Assembly: GCA_033549405.1 (NCBI GenBank)
Contig: JAWSUP010000001.1
Span: 1 to 49,614 of the forward strand
From: Bacillota bacterium
Lineage (GTDB): Bacteria > Bacillota > Clostridia > Saccharofermentanales > UBA5734
DNA: 49,614 bases
Direction of reading: 5' to 3'
The translations under genes and the position numbers were made by a program. Under the pieces are notes generated by a model that made no database searches, was not told the DNA's origin, and saw only the letters and a list, made by a program, of their open reading frames with translations. Shown here piece by piece: positions 36,858 to 44,525 of the stretch (position 1 is the stretch's first letter; each line of letters starts with the position of its first letter).

Positions 36858-38135
36858 ATGCCTGCCATGATCAAACCCAGCAATGAGAACTACCGCCGAT
36901 CGGTCATCCTTTATATGGTTGTCCTTGCCCTTGCTGCTCTAGGTGCGGGATTGTCCGATACAGTTCTGTCCAACTATTTCAAAGACGCCTACCAGGTCAC
37001 AGCGCTCCAGCGCGGCCTGATCGAGATCCCGCGCGAAATACCAGGATTTATCGGTGTCTTTATTGTCTCGTGGCTGGCATTTCTCGGCGATCTGCGCATT
37101 GCCATCCTGGCCCAGACGCTCATGGTGATCGGGCTTTTATTGCTCGGTTTGCTGACGCCGGCATTTTCTGTCATGCTCGTCTTCATCTTCATCCATTCGC
37201 TGGGCGGCCACCTCTGGTACCCGCTGCAGGATACACTCGGCCTGCACATGATCCGGGACAACGGCACGGCCGGCAAGCTGATCGGACGTTTCAAAGGAAT
37301 CAGCACAGCCTTCGGCATGGTGGCCGGCATTATCGTCTATATCGGTTTTCGCAGCAACATTTTTAGTTTTACAACCCCGGTCAAGACAATCTTCATCATC
37401 GCCATGGTGCTGTTCTCAGCCGTCCTGTTTTTTCTGTTTCTGCTCAAACGGCAAATGCCTGATGAACGGGCCGCCAATGCTGAAGGAGAACCGCTCAGTC
37501 GGCGATTCGGCATGAAAAGCCGGCGGATCCGGCTGGTCTTTCACCGGGAATACCGTTTTTATTACGCCCTGGCAGTCGTTTTCGGCGTGCAAAAGCAGAT
37601 CATGTTTGTCTTCGCTCCCTGGGTCCTGATCGATCTGCTCAACAAAAAGGCCGACACCCTGGCCTTGCTGACCATCGCCGGCTCATTTATCGGCATCTTT
37701 TTCATCCCGGCACTCGGTCGCTGGGTTGACCGCTTCGGTATCAAGAAAATGCTATACGTCGACGCGTTCTCGTTCATTATGGTCTATATCCTCTATGGTC
37801 TGGTCAGTGCCGGCTTTCATACCGGCTTTCTGGCGAAAACCGGCTTGCCGGTCATCCTGGCATTCATCCTCTTCGTCATCGACCGCATGTCCATGCAGAT
37901 GGGGCTGATTCGGTCGCTCTACCTGCGCAACATCGCCATCCGGCCTGAAGACATCGCGCCGACACTGACCCTCGGCCAGAGCATGGACCATGTCGTCTCC
38001 ATCACCTGCGCCGCCCTGGGCGGACTGGTCTGGAGCATCTGGGGACCGCAATACGTCTTTTTCCTGGCTGCAATGCTCTCCGTGATCAACTACATCGTCG
38101 CCCGCATGGCGGTCATTCGCGAAACGCCGGCCTGA
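36858..38135 (+). CDS. MFS transporter
   Basis: About 12 TM helices in a two-halves arrangement with a basic central loop. Confidence 0.75.
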   Translation: MPAMIKPSNENYRRSVILYMVVLALAALGAGLSDTVLSNYFKDAYQVTALQRGLIEIPREIPGFIGVFIVSWLAFLGDLRIAILAQTLMVIGLLLLGLLTPAFSVMLVFIFIHSLGGHLWYPLQDTLGLHMIRDNGTAGKLIGRFKGISTAFGMVAGIIVYIGFRSNIFSFTTPVKTIFIIAMVLFSAVLFFLFLLKRQMPDERAANAEGEPLSRRFGMKSRRIRLVFHREYRFYYALAVVFGVQKQIMFVFAPWVLIDLLNKKADTLALLTIAGSFIGIFFIPALGRWVDRFGIKKMLYVDAFSFIMVYILYGLVSAGFHTGFLAKTGLPVILAFILFVIDRMSMQMGLIRSLYLRNIAIRPEDIAPTLTLGQSMDHVVSITCAALGGLVWSIWGPQYVFFLAAMLSVINYIVARMAVIRETPA

Positions 38136-38138
38136 TTT

Positions 38139-38475
38139 GTGAAACTTATTGAGCAGGCTACTTTATGACAACAACCAACGTCAGCGATGTGCCATCTTCA
38201 GGCTTTGCTCTTGTAACTAATCTCAGAAAACAGCTTGAGCTTCTCAACATCTATACTTTTACCGATGATGAATGGAATCAATTTTAAAATTAACGAATCG
38301 CCAGCAGCAATGAAGGCTTAGTTGAGAAAACGCGTAAAATTCAGACTGATCATGTGCAGATCTTGCGGCGTGATGATGACTCAACCAAAAACATCTATCT
38401 AATTGATAAGAAGAACATTCATAACAACCGGCTTCAAGTCATCAACCAATACGAAGAAGCTGGCGGCTCACATGA
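38139..38475 (+). pseudogene. hsdR: type I (IC, EcoR124I-like) restriction enzyme HsdR N-terminal fragment
   Basis: [94 protein letters not shown] is collinear with EcoR124I HsdR residues about 70-160 (ANVREQLQNLNGVVFNDSEWRRF...DKTRKIHIDY...[28 protein letters not shown]). There are two in-frame TAA codons (38285, 38291), an upstream frameshift, and truncation at both ends. Confidence 0.75.
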
Positions 38476-38540
38476 TACACCCTGTCTATACTCTTGCATT
38501 GCTTGCAACTTTTAATAGCCACATAATGGTAGACTTATAC

Positions 38541-39437
38541 TCAAGTCCAAATAGTTTCATAGATATCTGCATAATCATCAACATCTATCACTTCAAATCC
38601 AACCCTCTCAAGAAAAAACTTTTTACCTTGGTCTATTTCATTATTGCTTCGAGTATTTATATACCAGCCTTTATGTTTTCTGTCCGGAAACCTTCTGAAA
38701 TATTTAATCCTTTCAATGAGAATCCACCTTAAAAATGTTTCGTTCTCTTCAAGACCTAATCCAAAAACAAATAGAGATTTATTAAAGATAGTATGCAACC
38801 AGGTTTTGTAACCTTTCCAATTTGATTTGTCTTTTCCCGAAAAAAGTATTTCTTCACTTCCTTTGTGTATTAAATTTCTTGCTCTTTCAACACTGCCCAT
38901 ATAATCGCTTAATCCTAAACGAATACTCCTATGATAGTTTATCATTCCATTTATATACCAGATTCCGAACCCATCTGTGGGCATTTTAAGTTGTTTTATT
39001 CCATGATATGTGCTCCATGGATAAAAATCTGTAAAACCTTCTTGTTCGATCCTAAATTGTTGAAAATCAAATACTCGGGCAAGTGACTCCTCGTAATTCG
39101 TGGTTAGTATTGGACAATCTAGATCTTTTATACGGTTTATGATTTTTGAATGATGAGATAGGGGGTCCCATTCTCCCATTAAGTTTGATATTTCTTTTTT
39201 TAGATTTATTCCTTGTTCATTTTCAAGTTCTAGGATATCAAAAAACTCAGTGGTTGAAATTCCTTTGGGTCTTACTGTAAGTGTTTGAAACGATACCCTT
39301 TCCCATAATTGTATTAATAAATCATCCCATGAAAGTACATTTGGATTATTTGGATACCTATTAATTCCATTACCAATTATAAAAGCGATATCATTTTTGT
39401 TGCGCTCTATAATTCTTCTTATCTCATTAGTTGTCAT
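38541..39437 (-). CDS. short SIR2_2-like (ThsA-type SIR2 fold) protein
   Basis: Motif order matches the SIR2_2 domain of ThsA: FIIGNGINRY (GxG loop), ILTTNYEESLARVF (TTNYD-like), IWYINGM...LGLSDY (at the position of xxHG...DY), and LFVFGLGLEENETFLRWIL (FVGFSFTDPN-like). Start set at MTTNEI, preceded by GAGGAG. Confidence 0.68.
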   Translation of the reverse strand: MTTNEIRRIIERNKNDIAFIIGNGINRYPNNPNVLSWDDLLIQLWERVSFQTLTVRPKGISTTEFFDILELENEQGINLKKEISNLMGEWDPLSHHSKIINRIKDLDCPILTTNYEESLARVFDFQQFRIEQEGFTDFYPWSTYHGIKQLKMPTDGFGIWYINGMINYHRSIRLGLSDYMGSVERARNLIHKGSEEILFSGKDKSNWKGYKTWLHTIFNKSLFVFGLGLEENETFLRWILIERIKYFRRFPDRKHKGWYINTRSNNEIDQGKKFFLERVGFEVIDVDDYADIYETIWT

Positions 39438-39554
39438 CTTAACACTCCTCACACTTCAATTTTTGTTTATAACTCCACTGGATCACTATTTAAGATTGAG
39501 ACACAACTAAGCTTATTCGTAGCCGCTAAGAAAATACGACAGATCAACTAATTA

Positions 39555-40064
39555 TTATTGATACAATGCAATTATTTCCAATTGATATACGGGCTTGTCG
39601 TGGATTGATGCAATTGCACTCGCCTCGAAATCAAATATGTTTCCATCGGCAAAACTACTCATTGCCTCTATGAAATCTTTTTTGGCTCTAGGATCTTTAA
39701 TTTTTGTAAAAATGGTATTTTTCATCAATTCTGTACCTTCGGGGTAAATGCGCTTAACCTGAGCTAAGCAATTAAGTTGTGTTCCGATAATATCAGCCCT
39801 AGACGCTTGATATAGATTTGCATCTACTATATTGCTAATGACAGCATATCCTTTTGTCTCATACAGTATTTCCTCCCCATTGAAAATCACAGATGGATTG
39901 CCTGTCTGTTTACCGGTAAAAGCTTCGGTGTATTTCTTTTCTACCAGATCCCAGGGGATGATCTGAGTCATTTTGACCCAGCGGTTACCCTGAAATATCC
40001 GAGCGCCATGGAAACCACTTGGCCAGTCATGGAACGTAAGCTGTTTGGTGCGTTTCTTGATCAT
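39555..40064 (-). CDS. chimeric ORF: IS transposase N-terminal fragment fused in frame to the AT-rich unknown partner ORF of the SIR2 gene
   Basis: Residues 1-57 (QLTFHDW...NRWVKMTQIIPWDLVEKKYTEAFTGKQTGNP) match the DUF772-type N-terminus of IS5/IS1182-family transposases. From about 39893 downward the composition switches to AT-rich and the sequence has no recognisable motif. Confidence 0.5.
   Translation of the reverse strand: MIKKRTKQLTFHDWPSGFHGARIFQGNRWVKMTQIIPWDLVEKKYTEAFTGKQTGNPSVIFNGEEILYETKGYAVISNIVDANLYQASRADIIGTQLNCLAQVKRIYPEGTELMKNTIFTKIKDPRAKKDFIEAMSSFADGNIFDFEASAIASIHDKPVYQLEIIALYQ
39894..40064 (-). mobile_element. IS5/IS1182-family transposase gene fragment (first ~57 codons only)
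   Basis: Same evidence as the chimeric ORF. The catalytic DDE part is absent. Confidence 0.6.
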
Positions 40065-40255
40065 GATAGCTCTCCAAGTGCAAGGATTTTGGCCGTATTC
40101 TGATGCTTTTTATGCATTTCATTATACTATATTTTAGCCAAAATCGCCTGTTGCCAGACCTTGCCGGCTGCGGCAGCAGCCCCTAAATATCATCAAAAAA
40201 GAAATTCTTCTTAGTCAATTGAAAATATTTCTCTCCTTGGGTTTAAAAATCACTC

Positions 40256-40280
40256 AAAAATGTCACGGTATATGAGAGAT
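40256..40280 (+). repeat. direct repeat R1 (AAAAATGTCACGGTATATGAGAGA)
   Basis: Shares AAAATGTCAsGGyTATrwGAGRG with R2 and R3. Confidence 0.8.
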
Positions 40281-40376
40281 AGTTTTCCTCTCGTTGAAAT
40301 AGACAACCAAAATCAAGAACGCAAGAACGTTTGTTTATTTTGACGATTTTTGAAAATGACCCCCTACAAATGGCCA

Positions 40377-40401
40377 AAAAATGTCAGGGCTTATGAGAGG
40401 T
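40377..40401 (+). repeat. direct repeat R2 (AAAAATGTCAGGGCTTATGAGAGG)
   Basis: Degenerate copy of R1/R3. Confidence 0.7.
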
Positions 40402-40432
40402 AATTTTTCAGAGGGCATTAACTATTGACCTG

Positions 40433-40457
40433 AAAATGTCACGGTATATAAGAGGAA
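40433..40457 (+). repeat. direct repeat R3 (AAAATGTCACGGTATATAAGAGGA), preceded by TTGACC
   Basis: Nearly identical to R1. TTGACC plus a 16-17 nt spacer plus TATAAG/ATAAGA could form a promoter for the xis-like gene. Confidence 0.75.
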
Positions 40458-40515
40458 CTTTATTTCTCACACCACACCTTGAAAACCAAATAGAGAAAAA
40501 GGAGAAAGCAAAACG

Positions 40516-40734
40516 ATGACTACATCCGAAAACACACCTAAGAAGAATGACACCTACCGCGTGGATCATCCCAGATTCATGAGCGCTGATGAGATCGCCC
40601 AGACCTGTGGCATCTCTCGCTCCAACGCCTACCGACTGATCCGCAAGCTCAACCTTCAGCTTGAGCAGAAGAACAAAATCACAGTCGCCGGTAAAATCAG
40701 CCGCTGCTACTTCGAAGAAATGGCGGAGCTTTGA
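40516..40734 (+). CDS. xis: excisionase-family / MerR-AlpA-like HTH DNA-binding protein
   Basis: MSADEIAQTCGISRSNAYRLIRKLN...ITVAGKISRCYFEE is the typical pattern for the small HTH gene preceding tyrosine integrases of Firmicutes integrative elements. GGAGAAAG RBS. Confidence 0.68.
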   Translation: MTTSENTPKKNDTYRVDHPRFMSADEIAQTCGISRSNAYRLIRKLNLQLEQKNKITVAGKISRCYFEEMAEL

Positions 40735-40805
40735 TTGATGAACAAACAGCCGGAGACAATCATCACGATAACACTAGATTACAGTAAACAGAAAGGACTT
40801 AGCTG

Positions 40806-41044
40806 ATGCCGGTATATAAGAACGAAGAAAAGGGCACTGGTTTTGTGCTTTCTATTACACCGACTGGATGGGCAATCACAAGAAGATGAAAAAGGAAGGA
40901 TTCAGGACGCTGCGTGAGGCGAAAGCCTATGAGCGCTATTTCCTTGAGAAGGCAGCTGCCCGGCCTAACATGAGCTTCAGTACACTGGTCGCGATCTATA
41001 TGGAGGACTGCAAGACCCGGCTCAAGCAGACGACTGGTGTATGA
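40806..41044 (+). pseudogene. int: tyrosine integrase (Tn916/phage-type) N-terminal remnant, frameshifted and truncated
   Basis: MPVYKNEEKG, then a 1-nt frame slip near 40836, then WFCAFYYTDWMGNHKKMKKEGFRTLREAKAYERYFLEKAAARPNMSFSTLVAIYMEDCKTRLKQTT. This is the arm-binding/SAM-like N-terminus. The catalytic domain is absent. Confidence 0.7.
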
Positions 41045-41263
41045 TAACCTTAGTAATATTCGATACAAGAAATTCGGAATGTGACATCAATGTGAGTAGT
41101 GGCTGTACGCAACTGGTTAATAAGCATTATAGAAAATAAAAATATACCAACCAAGAATTGAGATGGCTGAGGCATTGTCGTCCGCTACTCTATGTGTTTC
41201 AACTTGTGGGTATTGCTCTGGTCATACAGTATTTATGAAATACCAATCTTATTTTTCATTCAA

Positions 41264-41533
41264 TCACTCAAATAAATCACTATGCGTTCCTGTGCGCTCA
41301 AACACAATAATGCCATTTCCAACTTGATAAATCAGTAACCAGTCTGGTTTTATATGGCACTCACGACAACCCTCAAATCCTCCGGACAAGGCATGGTCTT
41401 TATGCTTAGCATCCAAGGGATGTTCATTTATCAGGTTACGGATTATAGCGTCAATCAACGAAATGTTATAATTCCGCTTGGCAGCCAGTTTGTAATCCTT
41501 CTTAAATCTGCCTGTATAGTCAGGAGTCAGCAT
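41264..41533 (-). CDS. yafQ: type II toxin-antitoxin toxin, YafQ/RelE family mRNA interferase
   Basis: TGRFKKDYKLAAKRN...HPLDAKHKDHALSG...RECHIKPDWLLIY...FERTGTHSDLF. Confidence 0.87.
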   Translation of the reverse strand: MLTPDYTGRFKKDYKLAAKRNYNISLIDAIIRNLINEHPLDAKHKDHALSGGFEGCRECHIKPDWLLIYQVGNGIIVFERTGTHSDLFE

Positions 41534-41805
41534 CAGCGTTTCAATTCCTTTAACATATCGTTGGCGCCGCTAAACCGAACTTTACCGGACTTGATGATTT
41601 CGTCACCTTCTTTTATTGCTTCCAGCGTTTCAGCGTTAGGCGCAGGGGGACGCAAATCAAATGGAAGTCCGCCAACAATCCTTGATGTGTAAAGGAACAC
41701 ATTGATCGCATCGGTAATACTCATGCCGTATCGAGAATAAATTGTTTCAACTTCTGCTTTTACTTGCGGATCGATACGAATATACATGCTTGCACTTTTA
41801 GCCAC
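41533..41805 (-). CDS. dinJ: type II antitoxin, RelB/DinJ family
   Basis: IRIDPQVKAEVETIYSRYGMSITDAINVFL...GGLPFDL. A GTG start at 41805 is preceded by AGAGGTGA. The stop overlaps the yafQ ATG. Confidence 0.85.
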   Translation of the reverse strand: MAKSASMYIRIDPQVKAEVETIYSRYGMSITDAINVFLYTSRIVGGLPFDLRPPAPNAETLEAIKEGDEIIKSGKVRFSGANDMLKELKR

Positions 41806-41913
41806 TCTAATCACCTCTTTCAGGACACATTTGATCATATCACATATTATGTACAAATGCAATACATTGTGATCTAAATATGCTCTTATCACGGAAAGAG
41901 AAAAAGAGCCTGA

Positions 41914-42162
41914 TCATTTCTTCTCTTTACGCTCGAAAAACGACAAGATCAGCGACAAAGCGCAAAGACCTATGGCGAGGTAGATCCAGGGACGGTTTGA
42001 CGTCAATGGACAAGTGCCTGCCGGCGCCCTGTTGAAAATATACATATCAGCCAAAAGATAGATGACAATGGCCAGCGACAAACCGAGCAGGACATTGCCA
42101 ATGATCTTCAGTGCTTTTTGGTCGCCTGCGCCACTTACCGGTTTTTTTATATAGCGGTTCAT
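41914..42162 (-). CDS. small two-TM membrane protein, unknown function
   Basis: Two hydrophobic helices. Overlaps the fucosidase stop by 4 nt. Confidence 0.45.
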   Translation of the reverse strand: MNRYIKKPVSGAGDQKALKIIGNVLLGLSLAIVIYLLADMYIFNRAPAGTCPLTSNRPWIYLAIGLCALSLILSFFERKEKK

Positions 42163-43403
42163 CGGAAGACTCCAACCTGCTTCAGGCGTGCTGTTTTGCC
42201 TGGTCTGCTGATCAGCCTGATCTCAAGGGCACGGGCGTACAGCGACGGCAGGCGGATGATGTGCTTGTGCCCGATCGATCCGCCGCGGCAAACCTCAACC
42301 TGCAGCGGACCCTGGATATGCCCGGGCGAGAACAGAACCTGGTAGCCTGCCACCGCCTGACCCTCTGTCAGATCTTCTTGCAGAACCAGCGTGCCGATCA
42401 TTTCCGGTGATGCAAACGCAATCTGGACACGGTCCTCTTCATCGGTGACAGCGGTATTGATCGGCCTGGCAAAGCGATGGCGCAGAGCCTGGCCGAATTC
42501 ATCCAGACGGGCGACGTCGGCATCCGGCAAAGCGCCGCGTCTGTCAGGCGGTATATTCATCAGAAAATTGCAACCACGACCGACCGAATAATCATAGATG
42601 CCCATCAGCTCATCGACAGTCTTGATGGTGTGTTCATCGCAGTCAGAATAAAACCAGTTGCGCCCGCGCAGGCGGAAATCGCATTCGGCCGGCAGGAAGC
42701 GGACCACCGGCTGGTCGATCTGCGGGAAATGGCTGTCATCTGCCGGATAAGAGACGAGATAGTCGAGATTCGGCGGGGCAAATCCCTCTTCATTGCCGAT
42801 CCAGCGGACATCGTGATCCCACATGCCAAACAGCAGAAGATCCGGCTGCAGTGACCGCATGGTTCGGACAATCCGCGCCGTGTCATATTGGTGCCCTTCA
42901 GAGCCGCAGCCGTCAAACCACAAGTAATCGATCTTGCTGTAATTGGACAGAAGCTCCGATATCTGGTTGACAAAAAAGTCATCGTGCTCCTGAGCTGTCC
43001 GTTTACCCGTTTTCATGGCGGCATCGGCCGGTGAATAGTAAAGGCCGATCTTGATCCCATAGGTGCGGCAGGCATCGGTGAAAGCACGTACGACATCACC
43101 CTGGCCATTTTCCCAGGAACTTGACGCGACCGAATAATCCGAGTAGCGTGTCGGCCAGTTGGCGAATCCGTCATGATGCTTGCAGGTAAGGATGGCATAG
43201 GTCATCCCGGCCGCCTTGATGGCGCGCATCCACTGGCCGCAATCCAGCTGTGTCGGATTGAATCCGGCGGCAGGCATCGGTCGCCCGTCCCAGTCGCGAT
43301 GGCCTTCATAAAATGTACGGATGCCGAAATGGAAAAAAGCGCCCATCTCCCAATCCATAAAAGCAAGTTGTGCCGCTGTCGGTTTTTGTCTTACCAGATC
43401 CAT
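42159..43403 (-). CDS. alpha-L-fucosidase (GH29)
   Basis: FFHFGIRTF, TCKHHDGFANWPT and YLWFDG motifs. Start set at MDLVRQ, preceded by GGAGGA. Confidence 0.85.
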   Translation of the reverse strand: MDLVRQKPTAAQLAFMDWEMGAFFHFGIRTFYEGHRDWDGRPMPAAGFNPTQLDCGQWMRAIKAAGMTYAILTCKHHDGFANWPTRYSDYSVASSSWENGQGDVVRAFTDACRTYGIKIGLYYSPADAAMKTGKRTAQEHDDFFVNQISELLSNYSKIDYLWFDGCGSEGHQYDTARIVRTMRSLQPDLLLFGMWDHDVRWIGNEEGFAPPNLDYLVSYPADDSHFPQIDQPVVRFLPAECDFRLRGRNWFYSDCDEHTIKTVDELMGIYDYSVGRGCNFLMNIPPDRRGALPDADVARLDEFGQALRHRFARPINTAVTDEEDRVQIAFASPEMIGTLVLQEDLTEGQAVAGYQVLFSPGHIQGPLQVEVCRGGSIGHKHIIRLPSLYARALEIRLISRPGKTARLKQVGVFR

Positions 43404-43446
43404 CTTGTCCTCCATTACTCCAGGACTCAGCCCGGCTAATAAGTTG

Positions 43447-43980
43447 TTATGTAATTGATACATCCGACTCGATCGTGACCCAGGTCGGTGTATGTCCGGT
43501 TGACTGCAGAAACGATCCAAAAAAATCCCGGCCTGCCATGACCAGGCTGGCCGTATTGACACAGGGATGAAAACTCAGCTTCTCAGAGTTTTGCAGATCG
43601 CGGTCGACCAGCAGTTGGACATGGTTCACCGCGTCAAACATCAGACCAAGCGGCGAGATACCGCCGGGCTTCGTCTGCAGATGCTTCCAGAGCAGTTCGG
43701 GTCCGGCAAAAGAAAGCCGGGCAACACCAAGCTGTTTGGATACGGAAGCTGTCCGGAAAGCCTTGTGGCCGGCCAGCAGCAACAGGTAGAAGGTGGTCTG
43801 CTGGCGGTTGCACAGGAACAGGTTTTTCGGATGGTCCGCGCCCAATTCACGATCGACAGCCGCAAGGTCATCCATCGTCATGGCCGGTTCATGGTGCATG
43901 AGGCGGTAAGAGATGCCCAGGTGGCCCAGGGCGTTCAAAACGGTGTTTTCAACCTGATCGATTGGCCTGACTTCTTTCAT
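43447..43980 (-). CDS. YbaK/ProX-type aminoacyl-tRNA editing domain protein
   Basis: KNLFLCNRQQTTFYLLLL.GHK, GGISPLGL and SFHPCVNTA motifs. Confidence 0.78.
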   Translation of the reverse strand: MKEVRPIDQVENTVLNALGHLGISYRLMHHEPAMTMDDLAAVDRELGADHPKNLFLCNRQQTTFYLLLLAGHKAFRTASVSKQLGVARLSFAGPELLWKHLQTKPGGISPLGLMFDAVNHVQLLVDRDLQNSEKLSFHPCVNTASLVMAGRDFFGSFLQSTGHTPTWVTIESDVSIT

Positions 43981-44086
43981 TTTGCACCTATCATCTCATC
44001 TTGACACCTTTCATCGTAACCGAAGTCCAAACAACATTGTCATCCATTCGGTACAGACGCTCAGGCAGCATAAGCAGTTGTCGCCA

Positions 44087-44515
44087 TTATAGCGCATCTG
44101 CCTGGAAACGGTCGAGCAGGCGCCTGACCGTTTTGCTCTCTTCATCCGTCAGTCGGATGGCGGCTTCGACGGCCTGGGGGATATGCGCAGCCTGGTGTTT
44201 GAGCAGTCGACCTTGTGCCGTCAAGTGGACCAGCACAGAACGCTCGTCATCAGGATTACGCCGGCGCCTGATCAGGCTCTGTTTTTCCAGTATCTTCAGG
44301 ACTGGACTCAGCGTTCCGGTATCCAGATACAGTTTGTCTCCGATAGCTTTGACTGGGATATCGTCCTTTTCCCAAAGCACCAGCAAGGTTATGTACTGGG
44401 TATAGGTCAAGCCCAGTGGTTCAAGCAGCGGCACATAAAGACGCATGATCATACGCGCGGCCACATACAGCGGAAAGCACGGTTGCCGGTCCAGTCTCAA
44501 TGCATCGTCCGGCAT
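44087..44515 (-). CDS. MarR family (OhrR-like) transcriptional regulator
   Basis: Winged-helix pattern LGLTYTQYITLLVLWE...IGDKLYLDTGTLSPVLKILE...LIRRRRNPDDERSV, with a conserved N-terminal Cys (QPCFPLY). Confidence 0.82.
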   Translation of the reverse strand: MPDDALRLDRQPCFPLYVAARMIMRLYVPLLEPLGLTYTQYITLLVLWEKDDIPVKAIGDKLYLDTGTLSPVLKILEKQSLIRRRRNPDDERSVLVHLTAQGRLLKHQAAHIPQAVEAAIRLTDEESKTVRRLLDRFQADAL

Positions 44516-44525
44516 CAGCAGATCC

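Larger units (their letters stand above)
38136..41900. mobile_element. AT-rich mosaic accessory island (decayed integrative element / defence islet)
   Basis: Abrupt visible drop in GC relative to both flanks. Contents: hsdR fragment, SIR2 cassette, IS transposase fragment, xis-like gene, broken integrase, and a TA pair. Confidence 0.55.

Noticed and set aside
38403-38732. 109-aa plus-strand ORF in the AT-rich region
   Set aside because: Antisense to the 3' end of the SIR2-like gene. The sequence is low-complexity (Ile/Phe/Asn-rich), as expected from AT-rich DNA. No RBS.
40799-41068. 89-aa minus-strand ORF
   Set aside because: Antisense to the integrase remnant, whose plus-strand frames show clear integrase N-terminal similarity.
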